Below are positions 36,901 to 45,665 of a DNA stretch of 64,000 nt, one piece after another. A model generated the notes under the pieces. That model did not search any database and was not told the DNA's origin. It worked only from the letters and a program-made list of their open reading frames with translations. The DNA lies in NCBI GenBank assembly GCA_949372645.1, contig CASIAP010000011.1:159006-223005 (forward strand). The letters are read 5' to 3'. The DNA is from Candidatus Poseidoniaceae archaeon (lineage in GTDB: Archaea; Thermoplasmatota; Poseidoniia; Poseidoniales; Poseidoniaceae). The translations under genes and the position numbers were made by a program. Within the stretch, counting starts at the first letter, position 1; each line of letters begins with the position of its first letter.

Positions 36901-39900
36901 AATGGATATTGGCATAGGCTGGAAGAGGGACTTGACCGTTATCTAAGGCAAAGGTAAACCGTGCCTCCATACCGAAGTTCGCACCGGAATATGTACCGGA
37001 CTCTGCAAATGCCAGTTCACCAAAATTGGTCGAAGGTGAGGCTTGACTCAGATGGGTCTCACGAACATTCGTATGCCCATATTGGGCAACTTCACTTCCT
37101 GTTTGGAATGTATATGTATACGTCAAGTCGTTATTGAAAACGTGGTTCGGGTTTCCGATCGCAAAACTCCATCGTGGTGAAGAGGGCCCAGGAATGGATT
37201 GGTTCACACCTTGAACCCACCATGTGAACACTTCACCGGTCGCAAGTGAATTGGTAAACCGGAAGGATGTTCCAGAGATTTCAGATGATTCCCAAGATTT
37301 GAATTTGAAGACTCCGGTTTCATTTGCAATTGTAACGATATATCCATTTGCACCAGTCACTGGCGACCATGTAAGAACTGGTTTGTCATTTGGTTGCAAA
37401 GTTGAAGCTGTGGAATTGTAAAGAACTTGGCCATCTTGAGGGAAGGTCAAAACAGGCTGACTCGGAGGCTGAATTCCATTGACGTTGTCGACATACTCAA
37501 AAGTCAACTGTGGGCGTAATGCGATATTGCTTACTTCCGATGAATAGAATGCATGGTTTGTTGCAGGTGTGCCAACAGATTTCAACAAAACAGTCATGGT
37601 AAGGTTACCATTTGCCACATTATCTTGAGCCAAACTGGTAAGATCCCAATTGACCCAACCTGCGGCAGGGGTAAGTGTAAGTGTCGAACGTGTGATTTCA
37701 TTCGGCATACAATTTACGTTCGAATTCCAATTGACTGATGATTCTGTAAAGGGTGAACAAGCATGTGCCGAAATAGTCGTTGATGTTGTCCCTACAACTC
37801 CGGTGCGATACAATCCAAGGAGCATCGAAGTGGGAGTCATAGTAGATGGCCAAGGCATCGAACTCAAATCAAATTCAAGATAGATCTGACTTTCACCTGT
37901 GCCAGATGCAGAAGTTCCAAGATTAAGGAGGGTGGATGAACCAAGGTTCGCAGTTCCAGAAGAGGAGACTTCAGCATCAGGAACCATTGGAAGGGACCCG
38001 GTTTGTGAGAAAATAGATCCTCGAGAAAGTAAGACTGAATAGTTACCAAATCCGTCGGAAATGCCTTGATCTTCGGGAATACGGAATTTATTGACGGCTG
38101 ACCAATGCCCGATTCGGCCATCTTGATCGCCACGAACTCGCCAGTATTGCCATTCGTCACCTTTCCATGATTCTGAGCGAGTAACAGTAAGGTTCTGTGC
38201 ATCCCAAGTCGTGTTGCTGACATCTCCTGCGGTTATTTCACCTGTATCTGCACATTCCAAATCTTGAATCATACGAGGTTCACTTGCAGCACAAATCACC
38301 CATTGCGTTTGGTTCGTAGATGAACTGGACCAGTTGGTGTTGAATGTATCTGCACCGCTTGGACTTGGGGATGAAAGATTCCAAAGGGTCGAACCATCAA
38401 TTGGTCCGAGGTTCGTTGGACTCAAAGGTGACCATGGCGTCATTAACTCATAGGACATTGTCAACTTTGGACGATCCGTTACGGTGATATATTCACTGCT
38501 TGCGATGTAATACGCGCCATTGACAAAACCATTGATTTCTTCAGGTTGGACGAGTATATTCAAACTCTCTTGGCCTCGTTCAATTGCATGTTGGAGCATT
38601 GAGGTGATGTTGATTTCAAACACAGCACTAGCGTTAATCCAAAATCCATTCGTCTCAGGTATCTGAGAATCTGCAGAGTGGTAAGCACCATTTCCAGCCC
38701 ATGAGGTGGTGTTGTTGCCAGGATAAGACCAAGTTGATGTCTCGTCCCAAGAGGTAATCATTTCTGAGACGGTGACAAATACTTCTCCAGAACCAGAGAG
38801 AACTGTAAGTTCTAAAGTGGCATTGTTCACTTCATATGCGGTTGGGAGAGGGAGTGTAGAGAAATCAATTTCGATCAAACTCGTGGAACGTAAGATACTG
38901 TTGCTTGAGCTTTGGCCAACGGCGAGATAATCTGAACTACCATACGCAGTAAGTGTATTGCCCCCGTCTAAATAGGTGTCTTCGGTAATTTGAGGATATG
39001 ATTGCGATTCAAGAATTGAACCTTCTTGTAGTGAAACCCAAGCATGTGTTGAATCAACTTCCCCTGAATCGGTATTCGGAATGTAAAACACAGTAGAAGC
39101 ACTTTGTGGACCAATCATCCCAGATTGAACGGGTTGAACAGTCCAGCGAATTGTGTTCAGAGCAACATTTGGTAAAGTCGTAGGGGTAAATGTAAGGTTC
39201 GGTAAGTCAAACAAAGTTGAATCAGTACGGGAATCATACGTGGTTCGACCAGCCATATCGTCAGTAGCATTTTCAAAGATATGAACTCGCCAAGCATCGA
39301 CTGAATTTGGAGAACTGTGAGACCAACTGAATTCAGGTGTATCATCTGCTAACAATGCATGAGAATTGACATCCCAAGACATTGAGTGATTCACTGGACC
39401 AAGATTGGTGCCGGACGAGGTAGGAACAGTAATTGTACCGTTGGACCAGGTCAAATTGAGCCATGGATGTTGAGATGAAACTCCTTCAGTTGAAGTAAAA
39501 GTCACAACATTAGGACCATTCAAATATTCAGTGATCTCATTAGAAGCATACAATGCCAATGAAAGGCTCGATGAACCTGCAGCGAGTGCTGCTTGGACCG
39601 CTTCACTTACTTCCCAAGTCATCCAGTCTGAACTGACTGAATCTTGCAAATCCACATATGGCCCAAGATCGACACCAATATCTCGACCACCAAGTTGAGA
39701 CCAATTTTGAGTCCCATCATAGGTTGTATCGTTTGCGCTAGTGGTCCAATTTTGATAGACCGGGCGAACAGCGATCGGTTCTCCTACCGAGGATGAAGAT
39801 TGCGAATAGAGATTAATGTGAGCAGAGGTGACCCGGGCGTTGGTTGGTTGGGGTATAGAATCCAGAGGTATTCGAAGAAGAGAAATGGCTTGTCGATTGT

Positions 39901-42900
39901 ATCCTACAGCACCGACTTTCATTACAGTTGAAGTCGCGTATGAATTGGTCGCACCAGCGCCGGACTCGAACACATATGTATCGGTAAAGTTCGGGAGGTT
40001 CATGTCCGGCATAGCCTCTCTATGATGCAGTTCAACCGAAGCACATGAGCCATCCGCGCATGTTTGCCAAGTGGTCAGATTTGGGAGCATGAACGAAAAA
40101 GAGTTTGACCAATTTCCAATTTGGTTTGTCGACGAAATAGCTCGAACTCTCCAATACCAGGTAGTGCCATCATCTAAATCAGAAGTGGGAGTGTATGAGA
40201 GGTTCAATGCATCAAATCCACCATCGTTCCAGGAAGTCTTGGTTTGAAGGGCAATTGAATCAAAGGACGGTGATGTATCAAGTTGGACAGCCCAACCGCC
40301 GACGGCAAGGTTACTTCCAAATGACCAGGTAAGTGATGGACGTTTCTCCGGAGTCTGGTCTACGCCAGCACCCATTGACCAAACACCATTGAGAGGAGTG
40401 AGAGGTGCTGGATTAAGTGGCACCACGTTTGAACCAGGGACGTAAACGAAACTCAATTCAGGCTTTTGTGAATCAGGGGATAAACCAGGATACAGTTCAA
40501 CGTTACGACTATTACCACTACCAGCTCCAAGTATTCCAATTACAAAATCTACACTCCGGTTTTCTCGCATTGCATTTTGAACACCTAAAGTGACATTCCA
40601 GTCTACACGGTTGCCGCCCATATACGTAGAATTAAGTTGAACTGAATCAAGTAATGATGAACGTTCCCATCCTTTGGCGCCGGACATACCCCAGTTGTTT
40701 GAACCGTCATAGGTCGTCCAAGTTGCACCCGAATCAGTCCAATTCTGTTGACGACTTTCCCAAATGGCCAGTTTTGGAGAGTTATTGGGCATATTTCCAA
40801 GAACCATAGAGAGGTGCGCTGATTCTACAGCATAACCAACAGGCAAAAGATTCGAACGTAAATTACAATTTAAGAGTCCAACGGACTCGAACGGATAGAC
40901 ATTGTAAGCAATAATCAGTTTCGATTCATCATTGTAATTCTGAGTCGGTGTTCCGCTGTCGATGTATGTATCAAGGCATTCGGGGTAAAGGCCATCGCTT
41001 GTCCCATTACCATGCTTCATCCGGAATTCGTATCGATCTGCACCGAGCCATGTACTTTCGAGCGAGCTTACGAGGAAACTCGATGTGGACCATGGACCAA
41101 AGCGTCCATCTGAATCCTGATATGCCATTCTCCAAAAATACATATTTCCAACCGTTAAGGTAAGGTTTCCAGTCATGTTAAGCAGACCGTCGGTTGGAGA
41201 AAAATCACTATCGACGGTTGTATCTGAAATAAAAACGCGGTCACGGAATTGTTCATCCGTTGCTAATTGTAAAATCATGCTATGGGGGAGAGAACTTGGC
41301 GTCCATGAAAGAGAAGGTGTTAGATTTGCAGTGAGGTTATGCCCGGTTTGGTTCCAAACAGCGGCTCCAGCAAGAGGCCCGGTTAAACCGACATTTGCCA
41401 AAGGTGAAGATGGCCCCCAGGAGTAGGTAATCGAGACGATAGGCCTCTTTAGCTCATCAGCATTCTCGGATGAAAAGAACCGAGTCATCTTTGTCCCAGT
41501 GGTCGAGTATGCTTCGTTTTGACCTCGCGCTGTAATCATGAAATCTGCACTGTCTGTCGAACCACCTTCTACCCAAGTCTGTAAAACATCAGTAAATTCA
41601 AAATCAAACTTAGAACTGGTTTGAGAACCATTGATTCCTGTATCAGAAGCTGTTGACGAATACATACGCCCGCCTTGTGACCAAACGTTGGCAGTTGTAC
41701 CACGATTCCAACTCATCTCAGCCTCATTCCATTGACCTGGAGTCATTTCATGCATCGAAAGAAGAGCGTTGTTTGTCGATGAATCACGTGTCAAATTGAC
41801 TTGAGCATCGAGAATGGTTGCATTTGAAGGAAGGCCAAGTAAGCCAAGATTGAAACGAAGATGAATGAGGGATTCTTTATTTGATGTGACTGCTGTTTCC
41901 ATAGTACCCCAAGAGCCGTATTTTGTATTCTTACTCAGTTGATTTGAAAACGAGTCGTCGATAAACTCTCCAACTAGGCCTAAACTATCGACATTGACTT
42001 CGATGCTTGCAGTACCGTCTGCGTTGTCAGTAACGTCATGTGCAGGAAGGAGGAAATTTTTGGTCGCAGACCAGTCACTCAAGGTGTCAGTTGAATCAAT
42101 ACTTCGGACTCGGTAGAATATTTGAGTTCCGTTTGTGAATTGTTGTGTAGCTGGAATCGAATAAGAGCCACTGGCCGAAGTTGTGGTAAAAGCGTTCCAG
42201 ATTGTCGAATAATGCCAATCAAGATCTTCTTCAAATTTAAAATCTTCATTGAGTGAGAGTTGATATTCAACGTGCTGACCAACCAAGGAATTATACGAAA
42301 GTGTAGGTGTTGTATCGGCAGTCAAAATCAGATCACCAGTCATTAACGGCATACCATCAACTGCGAAATCCGAGATCACTGAACCACCGTTGCCTGCTGC
42401 AGAAGTCGATGTCACAAGTGCGAGTTCCGGGCGTACGAAAGAATTCGAAGTTTCTGTGAGATAGCATTCATATTCGGCGCCGAGTGCGGAAACAAGAACA
42501 CTTACTGAAGATTGGTTCAATGAGGATGCATCCTGAACGATTGCCGTAACATTCAGGGCAAAAGTACCGTTCGTGGAAGAAGAGAATGCAGGCTCCCAGG
42601 CACTTCGGTCACTCGCACCGTCTGCGCCAGATATATCCCAAGGAGCACCACTGTCTGATTCGGTCCAGGTGACATTCGAGGAATCCCATGCCGAAGGTGC
42701 TGCGAAGTAGATCGTGATATCAGAGGATGCGAAAGAATTTACATTGCATTCAATGTTTAAGGATGCTGAATGAATAGTATCCGCTGAAGAATAATTCAAT
42801 GGAAATTGAAACAGAATCCGACTCTCAGACAATGAGTCAGAGATTCCAAGCAATCCAGTGCTACTTTGATTATAGTTTGTATAAGGGGCAAACTCGCCAA

Positions 42901-43129
42901 TATAGGTGTCAGCGGATGCCGATACAGTCGATGAAACCAAGAAAACAGTGTGCTGCTCGTCAAGTTTCACATCGTAATCAACTGCTTGAGGCAACAGTAA
43001 ATCTGCAAATAAGAACATCAAAACGAGGAAGATGGTCAAAGTGGTCCGACGGGGGGCGGTCTCGCGTAGCATGGGGCTCAATGCGTTCAAGCCCTGCGCC
43101 ATATACTGTCTTTTCCCTTCCGAGTCCAT
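33935..43129 (-). CDS. Giant (~3064 aa) surface adhesin-like protein: 7 FN3-like/DNRLRE-like modules plus an Ig-like array, TM anchor and acidic/Trp tail
   Basis: Uninterrupted ORF, maximal extent to 43237. Signal anchor TTLTIFLVLMFLFADLLLP. Seven modules carry an L.F.L..LP....I.SA.L.L-like strand and a closing ..RP.L...Y motif. C-terminal helix YYVGAVLIAIVSLVIIGLLVL. The start is uncertain (43129, 43102 or 43072); 43129 sits about 29 nt from a TATA-like palindrome. Confidence 0.8.
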   Translation of the reverse strand: MDSEGKRQYMAQGLNALSPMLRETAPRRTTLTIFLVLMFLFADLLLPQAVDYDVKLDEQHTVFLVSSTVSASADTYIGEFAPYTNYNQSSTGLLGISDSLSESRILFQFPLNYSSADTIHSASLNIECNVNSFASSDITIYFAAPSAWDSSNVTWTESDSGAPWDISGADGASDRSAWEPAFSSSTNGTFALNVTAIVQDASSLNQSSVSVLVSALGAEYECYLTETSNSFVRPELALVTSTSAAGNGGSVISDFAVDGMPLMTGDLILTADTTPTLSYNSLVGQHVEYQLSLNEDFKFEEDLDWHYSTIWNAFTTTSASGSYSIPATQQFTNGTQIFYRVRSIDSTDTLSDWSATKNFLLPAHDVTDNADGTASIEVNVDSLGLVGEFIDDSFSNQLSKNTKYGSWGTMETAVTSNKESLIHLRFNLGLLGLPSNATILDAQVNLTRDSSTNNALLSMHEMTPGQWNEAEMSWNRGTTANVWSQGGRMYSSTASDTGINGSQTSSKFDFEFTDVLQTWVEGGSTDSADFMITARGQNEAYSTTGTKMTRFFSSENADELKRPIVSITYSWGPSSPLANVGLTGPLAGAAVWNQTGHNLTANLTPSLSWTPSSLPHSMILQLATDEQFRDRVFISDTTVDSDFSPTDGLLNMTGNLTLTVGNMYFWRMAYQDSDGRFGPWSTSSFLVSSLESTWLGADRYEFRMKHGNGTSDGLYPECLDTYIDSGTPTQNYNDESKLIIAYNVYPFESVGLLNCNLRSNLLPVGYAVESAHLSMVLGNMPNNSPKLAIWESRQQNWTDSGATWTTYDGSNNWGMSGAKGWERSSLLDSVQLNSTYMGGNRVDWNVTLGVQNAMRENRSVDFVIGILGAGSGNSRNVELYPGLSPDSQKPELSFVYVPGSNVVPLNPAPLTPLNGVWSMGAGVDQTPEKRPSLTWSFGSNLAVGGWAVQLDTSPSFDSIALQTKTSWNDGGFDALNLSYTPTSDLDDGTTWYWRVRAISSTNQIGNWSNSFSFMLPNLTTWQTCADGSCASVELHHREAMPDMNLPNFTDTYVFESGAGATNSYATSTVMKVGAVGYNRQAISLLRIPLDSIPQPTNARVTSAHINLYSQSSSSVGEPIAVRPVYQNWTTSANDTTYDGTQNWSQLGGRDIGVDLGPYVDLQDSVSSDWMTWEVSEAVQAALAAGSSSLSLALYASNEITEYLNGPNVVTFTSTEGVSSQHPWLNLTWSNGTITVPTSSGTNLGPVNHSMSWDVNSHALLADDTPEFSWSHSSPNSVDAWRVHIFENATDDMAGRTTYDSRTDSTLFDLPNLTFTPTTLPNVALNTIRWTVQPVQSGMIGPQSASTVFYIPNTDSGEVDSTHAWVSLQEGSILESQSYPQITEDTYLDGGNTLTAYGSSDYLAVGQSSSNSILRSTSLIEIDFSTLPLPTAYEVNNATLELTVLSGSGEVFVTVSEMITSWDETSTWSYPGNNTTSWAGNGAYHSADSQIPETNGFWINASAVFEINITSMLQHAIERGQESLNILVQPEEINGFVNGAYYIASSEYITVTDRPKLTMSYELMTPWSPLSPTNLGPIDGSTLWNLSSPSPSGADTFNTNWSSSSTNQTQWVICAASEPRMIQDLECADTGEITAGDVSNTTWDAQNLTVTRSESWKGDEWQYWRVRGDQDGRIGHWSAVNKFRIPEDQGISDGFGNYSVLLSRGSIFSQTGSLPMVPDAEVSSSGTANLGSSTLLNLGTSASGTGESQIYLEFDLSSMPWPSTMTPTSMLLGLYRTGVVGTTSTTISAHACSPFTESSVNWNSNVNCMPNEITRSTLTLTPAAGWVNWDLTSLAQDNVANGNLTMTVLLKSVGTPATNHAFYSSEVSNIALRPQLTFEYVDNVNGIQPPSQPVLTFPQDGQVLYNSTASTLQPNDKPVLTWSPVTGANGYIVTIANETGVFKFKSWESSEISGTSFRFTNSLATGEVFTWWVQGVNQSIPGPSSPRWSFAIGNPNHVFNNDLTYTYTFQTGSEVAQYGHTNVRETHLSQASPSTNFGELAFAESGTYSGANFGMEARFTFALDNGQVPLPAYANIHSASLGLYLDSWVTSGGANEMTFSVHRILNTQWAQSSSTWNASSSASTGAWGAPGMQAGVDYEATPISTFVETDMSENRWIWFDIGVSGMLIDNNNAWIVLATPNRGALIANFVSSENSVESFRPQILLNHTNVTSIVLTPTAPTTDADTPVAFSYVARDHLTMPISAPVLWSASNGSITSTGVFTPYSVGQQTITACFGIICTTEIVTVTPGAPKTLNVLPESTTISADDTLQITATVVDQYGNIVSGQSITYIPSNGSMDSSIEGLYLPHASGVQTVQVSWTDLTGITQTTVVSITVETGIPSYFALEGCQGTVPAGIWCSVTHTLYDQYDNEILDPTEAGDFTWMMTNGNYSETSNEYFPDHVGMWYLNLTSTSGAGGSLMLTVGHGEMESLELDASVTSITADENVWINTTRIDIRGNRLPVLLPSENWSQIQDGQLMVGAPAIWTPTSRGAKIIEAYYETVSSQITITVQEGAIVSLILIIDNNVSTWESFDITADDILDIKVKAYDQRDNRWIISANWTITHSQWTAQSALEQLSGDETTFVPYLASTEPYSITATYDDGSLVHEVSINVTVSHGDLDSVVMTATGSDGTPNTAFDITADEFIDFTVELYDLDMNPIDPSILVWYLTNLDSDQEGIEIITDSLLNDNMRWQASLVGNWSISASVINDAGYPIGDSVSMIVHHGQAILVSAELDTAEQTAGGEITMVVTGQDADGNTFPQLVEWSENGVTVENISSEGQNDGTYVYTATTAGPHTLNFSTGSAESWADISVDPLSIVDSLVIELSSESIDQLGSFTVRVKAFDAYLNQIPIPSSANVDVTGRAEVLNQGQGVWDVVTLDDGPQTVTITAGKVSEERTIEVNGNVGGFFKAGGALYYVGAVLIAIVSLVIIGLLVLTLRGGDTDYDDDDEYSYDSDDEAPSGPAPGPTGPAPVAKSIPELEPVAEDTSWQVEHRVDDDGTEWAEDENGTWWYRQEGEGEWGEWTE

Positions 43130-43147
43130 GAAGTTCAATCGGAAACC

Positions 43148-43168
43148 GAGAAGAATACTATTCTTCTC
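43148..43168. promoter_or_regulatory. 21-bp perfect palindrome GAGAAGAATA-C-TATTCTTCTC in the divergent giant-gene/rfcS intergenic region
   Basis: Read directly as 10+1+10 perfect arms. The AT-rich core AATACTATT is TATA-like on both strands. Confidence 0.4.
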
Positions 43169-43235
43169 AGATATTTTCACCTCTCTTTCTCTTCGATTAA
43201 AAGGAGAATGTTCATGGAGGCTCGCCAACGACATC

Positions 43236-44198
43236 ATGGTTATGAGCGAACTTTGGGTTGAAAGACACCGCCCTCAGTCTGTCAATCAAATCCGTGGCCA
43301 AGCAGCAGTAGTGCAGCGTTTAATTATCTATTCAGAAAAGAAGGAATTCCCTCATTTACTGTTTGCAGGACCGCCAGGTACAGGAAAAACAACTGCGGCA
43401 ATGGCTTTGACAAAAGACGTTTTTGGAAAGGAATATCGAAGAAATTTACTCGAGATGAACGCCTCAGATGAACGGAAATTGGAAAGTATTCGTACCAAGG
43501 TCAAACAATTCGCGCGTACAGCTCCATACGGTGGCGCTTCATTCAAGATCATTTTTCTTGATGAAGCTGATGCACTCACCAATGATGCACAAGGAGCTCT
43601 TCGTAGAATCATGGAGCAATATGCAGAAACCTGTCGATTCATTTTGTCTTGTAACTATTCTTCAAAGATCATTGAACCGATTCAATCACGTTGTGCAGTC
43701 TTTCGTTTCCGACCTCTCGCAGATACTGATGTAAATGCTCAAATCCACTATGTTGCCAAAGAGGAAGGCGTCGAGTTGGCAGAAGATGCTGGAGAGGCTT
43801 TGACTCGCATCTCCCAAGGAGACTTACGCAAAGCAATCACTGGACTTCAAGTAGCAGCTGCACTTGACCTAAAAGTAACGCGTGAGTTGATTTACGAAAC
43901 TTCAGCAACGGCTCCGCCAGAAGCATTGCATCAGTTCCTCATGGCCTGCCGTGATGATGGATTTCATGCAGCAAGACGACGCTTGAGAGAATTGTTGGAT
44001 AAATATGGCCTTGCTGGAACTGATTTCGTGAATCAATTGCACCGAGAGTTGTACACGGCTGATTTCCTCACGGAAGATGCAAAATTAGACATGACGGAAT
44101 GGATGGCTGAAGTCGACTACCGCTTGGTTGAAGGTGGAGGCGAGCAAATCCAATTGGATGCACTCACTGCTCGGCTTGTCATTCACTTACGAACATAA
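43236..44198 (+). CDS. rfcS: Replication factor C small subunit
   Basis: LWVERHRP start, Walker A GPPGTGKTT, LDEADALT, SRC motif QSRCAVFRF. ATG 43236 or 43242. The track start 43032 is a spurious extension. Confidence 0.92.
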   Translation: MVMSELWVERHRPQSVNQIRGQAAVVQRLIIYSEKKEFPHLLFAGPPGTGKTTAAMALTKDVFGKEYRRNLLEMNASDERKLESIRTKVKQFARTAPYGGASFKIIFLDEADALTNDAQGALRRIMEQYAETCRFILSCNYSSKIIEPIQSRCAVFRFRPLADTDVNAQIHYVAKEEGVELAEDAGEALTRISQGDLRKAITGLQVAAALDLKVTRELIYETSATAPPEALHQFLMACRDDGFHAARRRLRELLDKYGLAGTDFVNQLHRELYTADFLTEDAKLDMTEWMAEVDYRLVEGGGEQIQLDALTARLVIHLRT

Positions 44199-44216
44199 TT
44201 CACTTTCACTTTCACT
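44182..44216 (+). repeat. Four TTCACT hexamers (three in tandem) at and just after the rfcS stop
   Basis: TTCACT at 44182-44187, then (TTCACT)x3 at 44199-44216, read directly. Confidence 0.6.
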
Positions 44217-44434
44217 CAAAGGGCGTTGGAAAAGAACCCCTTGCTGACGGCCTCGGCAAGAACATGACGACCTTTGTTAATCGATGCCTCGATTTGATGT
44301 GCTGGACTGCTGCTGCTCCTTTGATTCACGTATATAGAGAAAGGCAACTACAAAAACAAACACAAGAACAACGTGATGTTCATCGAATTAGTCGTTTACT
44401 CAATACCATTCTATCGGCTCACAGCGACTTACTT

Positions 44435-45358
44435 TCATGAAGCTGAGACTTCAGGGAGTTGTTCGATGACTTTCAAGGTCCACGTATATACACGGCTGTT
44501 TTCCCAGGGATTACCTTGTTCCACAATGGTCACGGTAATCTGATGCTCTCCTACAGAGAGGTTTGCCCCGAGATGTATTGCAAAATCTTGGTCTAATTGG
44601 CCATGCGGCATGAGAATTGAAGACGACTGGGTATCGGAGATATTACCTGTGGCGTTTGAGATGACTTCTAAATTCGCGTCCCAAAAATCTGAATCGCTTA
44701 CCAAATTAGACTCGCCATCATTATTGGTCAACGTTACTGTCACATTTGCCCCTGCGACATTCACGTTATCTGCCAGTCCGAAAAGAAGCCAAATATCACC
44801 TGACAATCTGGAGTCTTGTTCTACTTCCCAGGTCACTGTTCCGGATTCGCCAGCACCGTCTGAGAAATTAAATTCATCGCCTTCCTTTTGAATTAAAACC
44901 CACTCATCAGCGAGTTGTGGAGCGACTATGTCACCTAACGGTGGATTGACTAAAAGAAAAGCCATAGCCAAGAAAGTAAAGGTATGAAGAAAGCCCGCTT
45001 TGAACCATGTTCCTTTCGTATATAATTCATTAAAGTCTGCAGGCAAGATCATGCGATGTACCTGTGGTATGAGAAAAATAGCGGCGAGTGGTGCTAGGTA
45101 AAGTATGTCTGATTTTTCAACGGTTGTCCTTGGCATCAACACATACCGCATCAATAAAGATACGGTGACTGAAAAACCAATGACAAGCCACATCGATGCA
45201 GTTTCCGCCTTTTCTTTGGAAACGTGTTTGACTGGGTCGAAGGCCTCAATCCCAAGGTCGCGCCCACTGCGCCGCTTCATTCGCTCTTTACCCTCATCAG
45301 CGACTCGCTTTTGGCGATCAACCGAGGCGGCAGACATAGCGGTATTGAGGTCAACCAT
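44435..45358 (-). CDS. Membrane protein with basic N-terminal region, 3 TM helices and an extracellular beta-rich domain; unknown function
   Basis: 307-aa ORF with hydrophobic segments MWLVIGFSVTVSLLM, LYLAPLAAIFLI and FLHTFTFLAMAFLLV. The C-terminal part is Asn/Asp/Thr-rich and carries N-x-S/T sites. Confidence 0.55.
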   Translation of the reverse strand: MVDLNTAMSAASVDRQKRVADEGKERMKRRSGRDLGIEAFDPVKHVSKEKAETASMWLVIGFSVTVSLLMRYVLMPRTTVEKSDILYLAPLAAIFLIPQVHRMILPADFNELYTKGTWFKAGFLHTFTFLAMAFLLVNPPLGDIVAPQLADEWVLIQKEGDEFNFSDGAGESGTVTWEVEQDSRLSGDIWLLFGLADNVNVAGANVTVTLTNNDGESNLVSDSDFWDANLEVISNATGNISDTQSSSILMPHGQLDQDFAIHLGANLSVGEHQITVTIVEQGNPWENSRVYTWTLKVIEQLPEVSAS

Positions 45359-45456
45359 ATCGGTTCCTAAGGAGTCGAGTGCATGAAGCCTACGGTGAAT
45401 TTACATCACTTTCCAGCCGTATGGTTGAAATGGGTAACGCGACAGGCGAGAGATAA

Positions 45457-45587
45457 GCCGGGGTGGCGCAGTTGGTAGCGCGTCGGACTCATAGGGCAGC
45501 CTTAACGGGCAATCGTATGACGTGCAAACCCCTTACGGTGTCTGAGACATCCGAAGGTCGCGGGTTCAAGCCCCGCTCCCGGCACCA
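45457..45587 (+). tRNA. tRNA with CAU anticodon (elongator Met, or Ile2 if agmatidinylated), intron-containing, CCA encoded
   Basis: Hand fold: acceptor GCCGGGG/TCCCGGC, D arm GCGC-AGTTGGTA-GCGC, anticodon stem TCGGA/TCCGA, loop CT-CAT-A[intron]A, T arm GCGGG-TTCAAGC-CCCGC, discriminator A plus CCA. G1-C72 argues against an initiator. Confidence 0.9.
45494..45548 (+). other. 55-nt tRNA intron at canonical position 37/38 within a bulge-helix-bulge motif
   Basis: Central 4-bp helix CTCA (45488-45491) / TGAG (45543-45546). 3-nt bulges TAG (45492-45494) and ACA (45547-45549). Outer helix GGCA (45495-45498) / TGTC (45539-45542). Confidence 0.85.
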
Positions 45588-45665
45588 TTCAAATTGGTAG
45601 AGAGATATTCGTTTTCATATTCCGTGTTGCGAACTGTTGATGTGCTCTCGGCATGTGGGGATTAC

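Noticed and set aside
43032-43237. Long 5' extensions of rfcS (track start 43032) and of the giant gene (track start 43237), which would overlap each other.
   Set aside because: The extensions encode no conserved sequence and would eliminate all promoter space. RFC homologues start at ..LWVE+YRP, and the signal anchor of the giant protein begins well downstream.
44373-44446. Box C/D-like pair GTGATGT ... CTGA in the rfcS downstream spacer.
   Set aside because: The C box is imperfect (final T). The D box lies inside the coding 3' end of the neighbouring gene. There are no C'/D' boxes and no terminal stem.
45494-45548. Possible box C/D guide RNA inside the tRNA intron (CTGA at 45542-45545, ATGA at 45517-45520).
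   Set aside because: There is no RUGAUGA C box near the 5' end. The CTGA is part of the BHB helix, and I found no convincing guide complementarity.
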